From Octopus sinensis (taxonomy: Eukaryota), in assembly GCF_006345805.1 (NCBI RefSeq), contig NC_043020.1, positions 11,346,001 to 11,410,000 on the forward strand: a stretch of 64,000 nucleotides of DNA. The letters run 5' to 3'. Below the pieces are notes generated by a model. That model was given only the letters and a program-made list of their open reading frames with translations, was not told the origin of the DNA and ran no database searches. Below are positions 52,441-63,993 of this stretch, one piece after another; position 1 is the stretch's first letter; each line of letters starts with the position of its first letter. Position numbers and translations under genes: made by a program.

Positions 52441-52579
52441 TCGAGCAAAACGACCCTGGGACTTATTCTTTTGTAAGCCCAGTACTTATTCTATCGGTCT
52501 CTTTTGCCGAACTGCTAAGTGACGGGGACGTAAACACACCAGCATCGGTTGTCAAGCAATGCTAGAGGGACAAACATAT

Positions 52580-52615
<36 letters not shown>

Positions 52616-52781
52616 ATACGACAGGCTTCTTTCAGTTTCCATCTACCAAATCCACTCACAAGGCTTTGGTCGGCCCAGGGCTATAGCAGAAGACACTTGC
52701 CCAAGATGCCATGCAGTGGGACTGAACCCGGAACCATGTGGTTGGTTAGCAAGCTACTTACCACATAGCCACTCCTGCGCC
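52441..52781 (-). mobile_element. SINE family B fused to an inverted 92-bp copy of 49984-50075
   Basis: Junction ...TCTGTCG|AGCAAAACGACC. Confidence 0.88.
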
Positions 52782-52944
52782 TATACGTAATACCAAAAAT
52801 AATCTCCACTGTCTTGCATCGTTAAAAAGTTTCCATTACACTCTTGGAGCGGTTGGCATTAGGAAGGGCATCCAGCTGTAGAAACCAGGCCAAATCAGAC
52901 TGGACCTTGGTGCAGCTCTCTGGCTTACTGGTTCCAGTCAAACC

Positions 52945-53359
52945 TATTTCTTTATTACCCACAAGGGGCCAAACATAGAGGGGACAAAGAAGGACAGACA
53001 TAGGTATTAAATCGATTACATCGACCCCAGTGTGTAACTTGTACTTAATTTATAGACCCTGAAAGGATGAAAGGCAAAGTCGACCTCGGCGGAATTTGAA
53101 CTCAGAACGTAACGGCAGACGAAATACCTATTTCTTTATTAACCACAAGGGGCCAAACATAGAGGGGACAAACAAAGACAGACATAGGTATTAAGTTGAT
53201 TACATCGACCCCAGTGCGTAACTGGTACTTACTTTATCGACCCCGAAAGGATGAAAGGCAAAGTCGACCTTGGCAGAATTTGAACTCGCAATGTAACGAC
53301 AGACGAAATACAGCTACGCATTTCGCCCGGCGTGCTAACGATTCTGCCAGCTCACCGTC
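52945..53359 (-). mobile_element. SINE-A dimer (partial plus full) under one TSD
   Basis: 17-bp TSD CTGGTTCCAGTCAAACC (52928-52944, 53360-53376). Confidence 0.9.
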
Positions 53360-53388
53360 CTGGTTCCAGTCAAACCATCTAACCCATG

Positions 53389-53948
53389 TAAAGTATAATA
53401 GCCATCTCAATATGGCTAACCACAAAGGGGGAGGGGTTACTGTAGCTTTTAGACCCAGGAGATCATCGTCTCCAGCTGGCTTTAGACACACTATCTGTGC
53501 CCTTATGGTATATGCAAGGCGGCGAGCTGGCAGAAACGTTAGCACGCCGGGCGAAATGCTTAGCAGTATTTCGTCTGCCGCTACGTTCTGAGTTCAAATT
53601 CCGCCGAGGTCGACTTTGCCTTTCATCCTTTTGGGGGTCGATAAATTAAGTACCAGTTACGCACTGGGGTCGATGTAATCGACTTAATACCTATGTCTGT
53701 CCTTGTTTGTCCCCTCTATGTTTAGCCCCTTGTGGACAATAAAGAAATAGGTATTTGCAAAAGGAGGCCATCCCTTTCTCGTAAGCGCTAAGTGATACGC
53801 ACCGGACTGCAGTTTCGAGGTTGTTGCCTCTTATCAACGGGCGGTAATCACCGGATCACGATGAAAGAGAAAACCTGTATGCAAATATATGTGTTTTTCT
53901 AGTAACTTCCGTCACTGATTTCGAAAAACTGTCTGCAAGCATTATTAA
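53389..53948 (-). mobile_element. About 320-bp non-coding hammerhead-bearing element, interrupted by a SINE-A (53518-53749, plus)
   Basis: 12-bp direct repeat ATCTAACCCATG (53377-53388, 53949-53960); the SINE has TSD GGTAT(A/T)TGCAA. Confidence 0.8.
53792..53851 (-). ncRNA. Type-I hammerhead ribozyme motif, U3-A8 core variant, GUC cleavage triplet
   Basis: GUGAUUACCGCCCG-UUGAUAA-GAGG(CAACAA)CCUC-GAA-ACUGCAGU-C-CGGUGCGUAUCAC; about 12-bp bulged stem I, G10.1-C11.1 intact, palindromic stem III. Confidence 0.85.
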
Positions 53949-53990
53949 ATCTAACCCATGCCAGCATGGAAAGCAGATTATGATGATGAT

Positions 53991-54240
53991 GACACGTAAA
54001 ATGCACCAATCCGACCGTGGCCGATGCCAGCCTCGCCTGGCACCAGTGCAGGTGGCACGTAAAAAGCACCCACTACACTCACGGAGTGGTTGGCGTTAGG
54101 AAGGGCATCCAGCTGTAGAAACTCTGCCAGATAAGACCGAAGCCTGGTGCAGCCTTCTGGCTACCCAGATCCCCGTCGAACCGTCCAACCCATGCTAGCA
54201 TGGAGAACGGACGTTAAACGATGATGATGATGATGATGAT
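53991..54240 (+). mobile_element. RTE-tail short element ending 72 bp before exon C
   Basis: GGTTGGCGTTAGGAAGGGCATCCAGC...CATGCTAGCATGG...(GAT)n. Confidence 0.88.
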
Positions 54241-54312
54241 CACAACAAATTTCTTGCAAATATGAATTCTAATCTAATGTATGTCTTTTACTTTCTCTAA
54301 TCTTTGAAACAG

Positions 54313-55113
54313 GAATTGGCGGCAGTTTTATCTTCATTTCTTCGTTCATTGGAACTGGATTGTATTTCGGTCAGAGAGGCTCGTATGCCATTGCCATTGT
54401 ATCTGTGTCCGTCCCGCTGGGATTTCTACTCTACCCACTTCTCGCAACAGTCCTCATCTCAGAATTCACTTGGCGTGGTGCCATGCTAATCCTTGGTGCC
54501 ATTTCTTTGAACAGTGTACCTTTTGGAATTATCATTTGGCGGGCAAAACTGAGACTCAAAAGTGAAGAAACTGTTTTGGATGTTAAAGCAAGCTCCATTG
54601 ATAATTTCGGCAGCGTCCTCTCCATCCACAAGAATGATATCACCATGAAGTTATGTAAAGACATTTTCGCAGATAAGAAATTTTGGGTGTTCCTACTCGG
54701 AATCACCTTGTTATTTTCTCTGGTGACTCTAATCTTCAACCAATTGACCGATTTCTGTATAGAACTTGGCTATAAATCAGTTGCAAGCATGGCTTTGACT
54801 TTCTTCAACATCCCATCGTTCTTTGGACGGGTCAGCTGCAGTCTGTTGCTCCGATTTACAAGAATCACTACACCCGTAGTCTTTGCCGTGACCCTCACTC
54901 TGTTTGGATTGACAGTGTCCCTGGTGTCAGTTGCATACAATTTCCAAAGCATCATCGCCATAATCACCATAGCAGGTTTCTTCCAAGGACCTGCCACAGG
55001 TATCTACACATGTGTAATTATTGAGATTATAGGATTTCAAAGAGCTGCCATGGCTCAAGGTGTAACAGATACCACCTACGGATTAGCAACAATCCTCGTG
55101 GGATATATAGCAG
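54313..55113 (+). CDS. SLC16/MCT-family transporter, coding exon C (TM4 end to TM11)
   Basis: AG at 54311-54312; 801 bp, phase 1/1; GIGGSFIFISSFIGTGLYFGQRGSYAIAI...EFTWRGAMLILGAISLN...FFGRVS...GYIAG; donor GTGAGT at 55114; overlaps ORF 54360..55166. Confidence 0.95.
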
Positions 55114-55142
55114 GTGAGTGTATAATTTATTTATTTTTTTCT

Positions 55143-55541
55143 TTTATACTTGTTTCAGTCATTTGACTACGGCCATGCTGGAGCACCGCCTTTAGTCGAG
55201 CAAATCGACCCCGGGACTTATTCTTTGTAAGCCCAGTACTTATTCTATCGGTCTCTTTTGCCGAACCGCTAAGTGACGGGGACGTAAACACACCAGCATC
55301 GGTTGTCAAGCAATGCTAGGGGGACAAACACAGACTCACAAACACACACACATATATATATATATATATACATATATACGACAGGCTTCTTTCAGTTTCC
55401 GTCTACCAAATCCACTCACAAGGCTTTGGTCGGCCCAAGGCTATAGCAGAAGACACTTGCCCAAGATGCCACGCAGTGGGACTGAACCCGGAACCATGTG
55501 GTTGGTAAGCAAGCTACTTACCACACAGCCACTCCAGCACC
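55143..55541 (-). mobile_element. SINE family B starting 30 bp after the exon C donor
   Basis: Family B sequence. Confidence 0.92.
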
Positions 55542-55799
55542 TATTTATTTATTTTTTTTTTTTTTTTTCATTGTATTTAGTTTCAGCTCATGTGGCCATG
55601 CTGGGACACTCCTTACGCATACTTCACTAAATATGTCTCACATGACAATAGTGCTTGTCAATACTAAACATGCAGCACTACCCTCTCTCCTTTCCCGCAC
55701 TGGTTCCCCAACTGCATTCCTTTTCCCCTCCTCTTCCACTCCTCCCCACTTCCCCTTCGTCGGAAGATCCTACGGGCCTTCCATTGTCTCTAACTAGAT

Positions 55800-56690
55800 C
55801 CCACCACCCTCCCTATTTTCCCCAACCCACCCTTACCCGCTTTCAAACGTGCCTGCAACCTACTGTTCTGTAGCCCCCTTCCCTCCTCCGCTCCCACCCA
55901 ACCCAGGTCCTTCCCTGGCTCCTGATTCCAATTCCACCCCTGTCCCATCCATCAACATCACCTTCCTCACTGGATCTAACCAGTACACCCTCTACATCCG
56001 GAACTCCTTCTCCTGCACGTCTTCCACCCTTATTTACTGTTTCAGGTGCAATCTTTGCAACCGTCTTCATGTTGGTCAGACAGGCCATCGGCTAGCTGAC
56101 CGGTTCACAAAACAACTACTGTACATCCACCAACATAGATGGATGGATGGAAGCACTCCGTCGGTTACGACGACGAGGGTTCCGGTTGATCCGAATCAAC
56201 GAAACGGCCTGCTCGTGAAATTAACGTGTAAGTGGCTGAGCACTCCACAGACACGTGTACCCTTAACGTAGTTCTCAGGGATATTCAGCGTGACACAGAG
56301 AGTGACAAGGCTGGCCCTTTGAAATACAGGTACAACAGAAACAGGAAAGAGTACAGCAGGGATCACCACCATCCCCTGCCGGAGCCTCTTGAAGCTTTTA
56401 GGTGTTTTCGCTCAATAAACACTCACAACGCCCGGTCTGGGAATCGAAACCGCAATCCTATGACCGCAAGTCCGCTGCCCTAACCACTAGGCCATTGCGC
56501 TTCCATACCAACATAGAAACATCCCCGTCACCCATCATTTTTGCTTGGCTGGCCACTTCACCTCACACCTCACTGTTTTTGGCCTTGCTCTACACCAAGG
56601 ACCCACCAACACCAAGCCTTTGCCTTGAACAGTGCTATGTTTTTACTCTCTGAACTCAAACTCCTTTCAGACTCAACCCTCCCCACTTCC
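55800..56690 (+). mobile_element. Penelope-like element GIY-YIG endonuclease fragment, interrupted by a SINE-C (56140-56506, minus)
   Basis: FSCTSSTLIYCFRCNLCNRLHVGQTGHRLADRF then IPVTHHF...HLTVFGL; 11-bp TSD ACCAACATAGA (56129-56139, 56507-56517). Confidence 0.85.
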
Positions 56691-56701
56691 AGTGACATCA
56701 T

Positions 56702-56915
56702 ACTCTTTCTCTTTTACTCTTTTACTTGTTTCAGTCATTTGACTGCGGCCATGCTGGAGCACCACCTTTAATCGAGCAACTCGACCCGGGACTTATTCTT
56801 TGTAAGCCTAGTACTTATTCTATCGGTCTCCTTTGCCGAACCGCTAATTGACGGGGACATAAACACACCAGCATCGGTTGTCAAGCAATACTAGGGGGAC
56901 AAACACAGACACACA

Positions 56916-56961
<46 letters not shown>

Positions 56962-58090
56962 TACGACAGGCTTCTTTCAGTTTCCATCTACCAAATCCAC
57001 TCACAAGGCTTTGGTCAGCCCGAGGCTATAGTAGAAGACACTTGCCCAAGGTGCCACGCAATGGGACTGAACCTGGAACCATGTGGTTGGTAAGCAAGCT
57101 ACTTACCACTCAGCCACTCCTGCGCCTATGCTCATCTGCAAATTTTTTTTTAAAAAACATTTTTATGATATTTTATTTGTTTTATTTATTTTTAATTTCT
57201 ATTTTCAAGTTTTCAGTTTCTATCCATCTCAAACATACACCAATATACATAGCATGAACCCCACCCCCACCTAATATACACACACATACACTTTCACTTA
57301 TCCCTCCAGGAGTGGCTGTGTGGTAAGTAGCTTGTTTACAAACCACATGGTTCCGGGTTCAGTCCCACTGCGTGGCACCTTGGGCAAGTGTCTTCTACTA
57401 TAGCCTCGGTCCGACCAAAGCCTTGTGAGTGGATTTGGTAGACGGAAACTGAAAGAAGCCCATCGTATATATGTATATATATATATAGGCGCAGGAGTGG
57501 CTGTGTGGTAAGTAGCTTGTTTACAAACCACATGGTTCCGGGTTCAGTCCCACTGCGTGGCACCTTGGGCAAGTGTCTTCTACTATAGCCTCGGTCCGAC
57601 CAAAGCCTTGTGAGTGGATTCGGTAGACGGAAACTGAAAGAAGCCTGTCGTATATATGTATATGTATGTGCGTGTATGTTTGTGTGTCTGTGATTGTCCC
57701 CCTAGCATTGCTTCACAACCAATGCTGGTGTGTTTATGTCCCCGTCACTTAGCAGTTTGGCAAAAGAAACCGATAGAATAAGTACGCTCTTCTACAGAAA
57801 GATACACAGAGAGAAACAAGGAGAGAAAAAAAATGTGTGTAGTAGCTAACGATCTATCATGGCGTCATATATATATATATATGTATGTGTGGGTATATGT
57901 TTGTGTGTCTGTGTTTGTCTCCCCCCCAACACCGCTTGACAACCGATGTCGGTGTGTTTGCATCCCCGTAACTTAGCAGTTCGGCAAAAGAGACCGATAG
58001 AATAAGTACTAGGCTTACAAAGAATAAGTCCTGTGGTCGATTTGCCCGACTAAAGGCGGTGCTGCAGCATGGCCGCAGTCAAATGACTGT
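56702..58090. mobile_element. SINE-B cluster: 56702-57127 (minus), 57308-57785 (plus, head duplicated), 57880-58090 (plus, 3' half)
   Basis: Family B sequence in both orientations; about 180-bp tandem duplication at 57308 and 57490. Confidence 0.9.
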
Positions 58091-58636
58091 GCTAAAAGTA
58101 TTGTGTAAACTCGTTAGTAAATTTGTTGTTTCTTCCTCACTATCAGTTTACACACACACACACGTATGTATATATACACACACACACATGTATGTATACA
58201 CACACACGTATGTATATATACACATGTATACACACACATGTATACACACGCACATGTATGTATACACACACACACATGTATGTATACACACACACACACA
58301 CATGTATGTATACACACACACACGTATGTATACACACACATGTATGTATACACACACGTATGTATACACACACATATGTATACACACACATGTATGTATA
58401 CACACACACACACACGTATGTATACACACACACACGTAGGTATACACACACACGTAGGTATACACACACACGTATGTATACACACACACATATGTATATA
58501 CACACACACACATATGTATACACACATATGTATGTATACACACACACACACACACACACATGTCTTCATTCCATGTATTATCATTGCGACGATGTCTTCG
58601 TCTTAACCTTTCACCTCCCTTTTTTTTTTTTTCCAG

Positions 58637-58809
58637 GTCTTATTAGCGAAGTGACCAGATCCTACAAGAACGGTTTCCTTCTCTTCGGCATCTTGGCAGC
58701 GGCCAGTGGGGTCATTCTGTGTGTTTACTTGCTGGTCAGTAAGTGCCGGAGTGGATCTGACCAGTCGGAATCAACAACAGACACCAACGTCAAACCTGTT
58801 CATGTCTAA
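58637..58809 (+). CDS. SLC16/MCT-family transporter, last coding exon (TM12, C-tail, TAA)
   Basis: Poly-T tract and CAG at 58634-58636; GLISEVTRSYKNGFLLFGILAAASGVILCVYLL...KPVHV*; the four exons total 1416 nt in one frame (471 aa plus stop). Confidence 0.92.
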
Positions 58810-59356
58810 CGGACTTTTATTACCATGACAACAGAAACATTTACAAGACATTTCACTCCCCTCTTCTCCGTCCCCTAACTGACATCATTAATTAATGATC
58901 GTTAGCCAGATTGAAAACAAATCCACACTGACTCATTTGGATTCATATATTTTTTTTTTCTTTTTTGTTACTTTATTTGTTGTTGTTTGATATCTATATA
59001 CACCCATGTATATACACATACTTTATATATTTTTATCACACTTAATAGTAAAAGTCCGTTATTCATCATTAACCATTAACGATAATGGTTATGACGAAGG
59101 TTCAATAGAATCAGAAAATACAGTTTTTTTTAGAAATTCTGAGCCAACATCCGGCCAAGATAGACGAGGTCAATGAAATATGAGCCTACTGAGTTTTGAA
59201 CCTCTGTATCATTGTCTCACCCTACTGAACGTCAGTACTCCAGTATAACCATAGTGTAACAACAGACTAGCAAAACAACAAAATCTATTACCAGTGGCAG
59301 CAAATGTGCTTCATTTGTGGCCCGCCTTAGTGGATCACTGATTCCATACTTCTAGA

Positions 59357-60362
59357 TGTGTGTGTGTGTGTATATATGCATTATATGCAACTTGAGCAGG
59401 ATCAGATTAAAATAGTCATGTGTATATCATATTCAATGCAGATACATTTCATTGTGGCCAGTGTGTGTGTATGTATATATGCATTATATACAACTGATTA
59501 AAATAGTCATCTGTATATCATATTCAGTGCAGATACATTTCATTGTGGCCAGTGTGTGTGTATGTATATATGCATTATATACAACTTGAGCAGGATTAGA
59601 TTAAAATAGTCATGTGTATATCATATTCAATGCAGATACATTTCATTATGGCCAGTGTGTGTGTATGTATATATGCATTATATACAACTTGAGCAGGATT
59701 AGATTAAAATAGTCATCTGTATATCATATTCAATGCAGATACATTTCATTGTGGCCAGTGTGTGTGTATGTATATATGCATTATATACAACTTGAGCAGG
59801 ATTAGATTAAAATAGTCATCTGTATATCATATTCAATGCAGATACATTTCATTGTGGCCAGTGTGTGTGTATGTATATATGCATTATATACAACTTGAGC
59901 AGGATTAGATTAAAATAGTCATGTGTATATCATATTCAATGCAGATACATTTCATTGTGGTCAGTGTGTGTGTATGTATATATGCATTCTATGCAACTTG
60001 AGCAGGATTAGATTAAAATAGTCATCTGTATATCATATTCAATGCAGATATATTTCATTGTGGCCAGTGTGTGTGTATGTATATATGCATTCTATGCAAC
60101 TTGAGCAGGATTAGATTAAAATAGTCATCTGTATATCATATTCAATGCAGATATATTTCATTGTGGTCAGTGTGTGTGTATGTATATATGCATTATATAC
60201 AACTTGAGCCGGATCAGATTAAAATAGTCATCTGTATATCATATTCAATGCAGATACATTTCATTGTGGCCAGTGTGTGTGTATGTATATATGCATTCTA
60301 TGCAACTTCAGCAGGATTAGATTAAAATAGTCATCTGTATATCATATTCAATGCAGATACAT
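59357..60362 (+). repeat. 103-bp minisatellite, about 10 units
   Basis: TT(G/A)TGG(C/T)CAG at 59452, 59543, 59646, 59749, 59852, 59955, 60058, 60161, 60264. Confidence 0.97.
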
Positions 60363-61284
60363 CTTGGAGCTAATCAACAGCAGCTTTTTCGTCCTATATT
60401 TATGGACTGCCATATTAGCTTGGCAATAACTATTAATATCCAGCACCGCTGCCTTAGTCTCCTTTACAGAGACTTAGAAATAATAATATTTCTATATATA
60501 TATGTATATATAATGTGTACAGAGAGAGAGTTTACGTGATTGACCAGACTATTAGATGTTGTTACACATCACTGGTCACAATGCACTTTTCATCATTTTA
60601 GCTTTCGAATGATGCCACCTTGCTGGCTAGACAAGCAGGCCAACATTCCCCCCTCATTGGAAGGTTAGTCCATTTCAGATAAGTAGACTCAAGTAACGTG
60701 AAATGAAGTCTCTTGCTCAAGAGCATAATGTACAGCCAGTTGATCAATCAAATCCAAGTCCTAGCAACCATGAACGCAACACCCTAACCATTAGGCCATA
60801 TATCTTTGTGTGTGTATGTCTGTCTTCATCTTTTGCCCTCCATTCTTCCCAAGTGCTAACAGCCACCAAACCCATTGAAATAGTTCACCACAAAGTGTGT
60901 TGTACCTGTCTAAGTATAGGACCCTATCTTACAACACCTGGTGAAAATCATCCATCTTCACCAGCAAAACACTCAGTTACTCACAATGACAATACCTGAA
61001 ATTTAACTTTCTCTTTCACTCACCAGATTATAACGACCATGCCTTTTTAAGTTCCTTGCCAAGGTCTGTTAACCTTACAACTTAGCATTCCTCGTCTGAA
61101 ATACCTTGGGATGTAGTGAGTGCTCCAGGCAATAATGACTACCAATCACATTTTCAAACAGCTCAAGCCATCCCCCTCTCAGTTGATATGTATGAAAACA
61201 CACTGTGTACTCCAGCCTAACAATTCGCAGGGCCTTTTCAAATACTACCACATCCCATACTTCCTTCACTGACCTTTAGACTTT

Positions 61285-61890
61285 GCCTACATGTAGGTAT
61301 AGTCAGTTGGTTAAGGAGTTTCAGGTTCAATCCCACCTTATGACACTTTTGGCAAATGTCTTCTAATTTAGCCCCAGGCCAACCAATGCCCTGTGAATGA
61401 ATTTGGTAGGTGGAAACTGGATGGAAGCCCATCACATATGGCGGTGAGCCGGCAGAAACGTTAGCACGCCAGGCGAAATGCGTAGCCATATTTCGTCTGC
61501 CGCTACGTTCCAAGTTCAAATTCCGCCGAGGTCGACTTTGCCTTTCATCCTTTCGGGGTCGATAAATTAAGTACCAGTTAGGCACTGGGGTCGATGTAAT
61601 CTACTTAATCCCTTTGTCTGTCCTTGTTTGTCCCTTCTGTGTTTAGCCCCTTGTGGGTAGTAAAGAAATATATGTGTGTGTGTGTGTATTTTTGTGTATG
61701 TCCATTCCCCACTGCTTGATAACTAGTGTTTGTTTATGTCCCCGTAACTTAGCAGACTGGCAAAAGAGACCAACAGAATATGTACCAGATTTTAAAGTAA
61801 GTATTGGGGATCGATTTGCATGACTAAAACCTTTTTAAGGCAGTGTCCCCAGCATGGCTGCAGTCCAATGACTGAAACAAGCAAAAGCTA
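61285..61890 (+). mobile_element. Diverged SINE-B interrupted by a young SINE-A (about 61439-61672)
   Basis: B head, complete A copy, then B 3' half. Confidence 0.85.
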
Positions 61891-62275
61891 AAAGAGAAAC
61901 TGGGTTAATGTAAGTCGAATACTCCACTCTTCTTCATCCTTGAATTTGTTTCAGGAATGTAAAATACAAGAGGAACTGGGACCAGTCAGGGGTTTGGGTT
62001 GATCAGCTATTTCAGGCCATACTCCAATGTTACAAAAAAAAAAAGGGATTCTTGCATATGACTTTCTCTCTCTCTCTCTCTCTAGTGACAAATGTTTGGG
62101 GCAGGAGTTGGTTCAGTGTCTTGCTGCCCAATAATTGGTGTCTACTGATTCACCACCATCACAACGATATTAATCACTACCTCCAACATGAAACTCCTAC
62201 TAATCAACAATATTACCTCAACAGAAGCAGAACAGACTCCAATTACAACTGTTACCTCTACTATATCAGTAACCT

Positions 62276-62306
<31 letters not shown>

Positions 62307-63849
62307 TATCATCAATATCACCATCATATCACAACTTCAAATCACCATCGCCACAATCGTCACTATCTCACATCCACCTCCACCGCCAACAACAACTTCT
62401 ACCAATGAAGAGACTGCTATGAGGTTACAAGATCTGCTAGAAATAACAGTGCATGTATTTAACATTATCGACCACGCATACTTAACGTACACGCTCAGTG
62501 TATTTGCCGATAGGCTGCGATTTGGCGTGGTGAACAATTACTTGGATCTTTTCGGTTTGAATGGCAGTTTTTTCTAGTGGTGTCATATGAAATTGTCACC
62601 CATAATTATGACCCTAGTATCGATCTATTGCATTTCAATCAGTTTTAGGGTTAGGGGTGGGTGAAGGGTATCTTTTTTTCTTCACAAATGTAAATAAACC
62701 CAATCTGTTTCTTAAACGAGGGACATATTCATACGGCACAGAATGTTTTCACCTAAATAGACGTCATTGATTGGTTGAAATTGCAGAAATTGAAGAAAAA
62801 AATCAAAAGCAATTATCTTACAAACTATAGAATTTTCTCAATAAAGCCAAGAGAAAAAGATGTTTTATAAACACATTCTACCAGTATACGAAGTTTAAAA
62901 GTGTTTAGTTATAATATAATATAATGAAATTATTGTATACAGTGCTCAGGTGCACCACAACTTATCAGAAAGTGCATATAAAGTACATGCAGTAATGTAG
63001 AAATGTCTAGAAAGCGAACAATGTATGAGTCGGATACATGCTTGTATGTGCATGGAGGGGAGAAAATCAAGTGTAGTGTTTGTGGAAATTATTTAAAAAA
63101 AACTGCCGTTCAAACCGAAACGATCCCATTATTCTCCCAAAATGCCTGGAGTAATTTGAGAGCGTAATTTCTACCGTGCCAATTCGCAGCCTACAGGCAA
63201 ATACAACAGAGTAGGTGCGTTAAGTGTCGTCAATAACGTTTATTATGCTGGAACTGCTTATAATTCGTATTTGAGTACATGTATTAGTCTGTAAGAATAC
63301 CTTGGGATAAGATTGAATTTACTGAGTCTAATAGTAATGAAGTGAAAGAAAATTTGAGGGTTATGAGAGGGCTAAGTGTTAGAAAAAGAAAGGAGGCGAT
63401 GAAAGAGAGAGAAAATAAAGAAAATGACTCCTTAATCGATCGAGTTATTCATTATTATTTTATTTATTTATTTATTTTCTTCTTTTATTTTAAATCTAAT
63501 TACTGGTGGTGTCCCAGCATGGCCACGGCCTACAGACTGCATTACATTAAAGAATAATTTCAGTTCTGATAATGACGGTGTATATGATTATCTCCCTTAT
63601 AAACTTGATCTTGCAAGAGTGATGTCCCTTTACTTAAAGGGAGACAACCTAATGAGATAGACTGAGTGTGTGTGTGCGCGCGCGCGAGAGAGACGAACCG
63701 TCACTCGCGCGCGAAGTTCTGGCTTCAGTTGGCCAAAATTATAAATGAATATTCTACTGTATAATATTAAGGACATTTTTCTGTCGTCCACTTTTATCAT
63801 TAACGTACGTGTTTGTGTATGAATGTGTGTGTATGTATATATATATATA

Positions 63850-63993
63850 CTTTATTTAAAGCAGCAGAAAATTCAACAAAATCTGTTACTCTGAGTTTCT
63901 CATTGCCGTTCATCAGACAGTTTTTGCTGATGAACGGCAACGAGAAACTCAGAGTAACAGGTTTTGTTGAATTTTCTGCTGCTTTAAATAAAG
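63850..63993. repeat. Near-perfect palindrome: 67-bp arms, 2 mismatches, 10-nt spacer
   Basis: 63850-63916 vs 63927-63993. Confidence 0.96.
63877..63926 (-). ncRNA. Type-I hammerhead motif, canonical C3-G8 core, GUA triplet, reduced stem II
   Basis: CAAAAACUGU-CUGAUGA-ACG(GCAA)UGA-GAA-ACUC(A)GAGU-A-ACAGAUUUUG; stem I pairs 9 of 10. Confidence 0.72.

Noticed and set aside
59091-59125. Hammerhead-like AUGACGA-A-GGUUC(AAUA)GAAUC-A-GAAA in the 3'UTR
   Set aside because: A3-G8 mismatch; no valid stem III or stem I.
62052-62577. His-rich and Thr/Ile-rich ORFs resembling mucin or membrane proteins
   Set aside because: Derived from degenerate (CAC/CAT/AAC)n trinucleotide repeats and running into a MITE.
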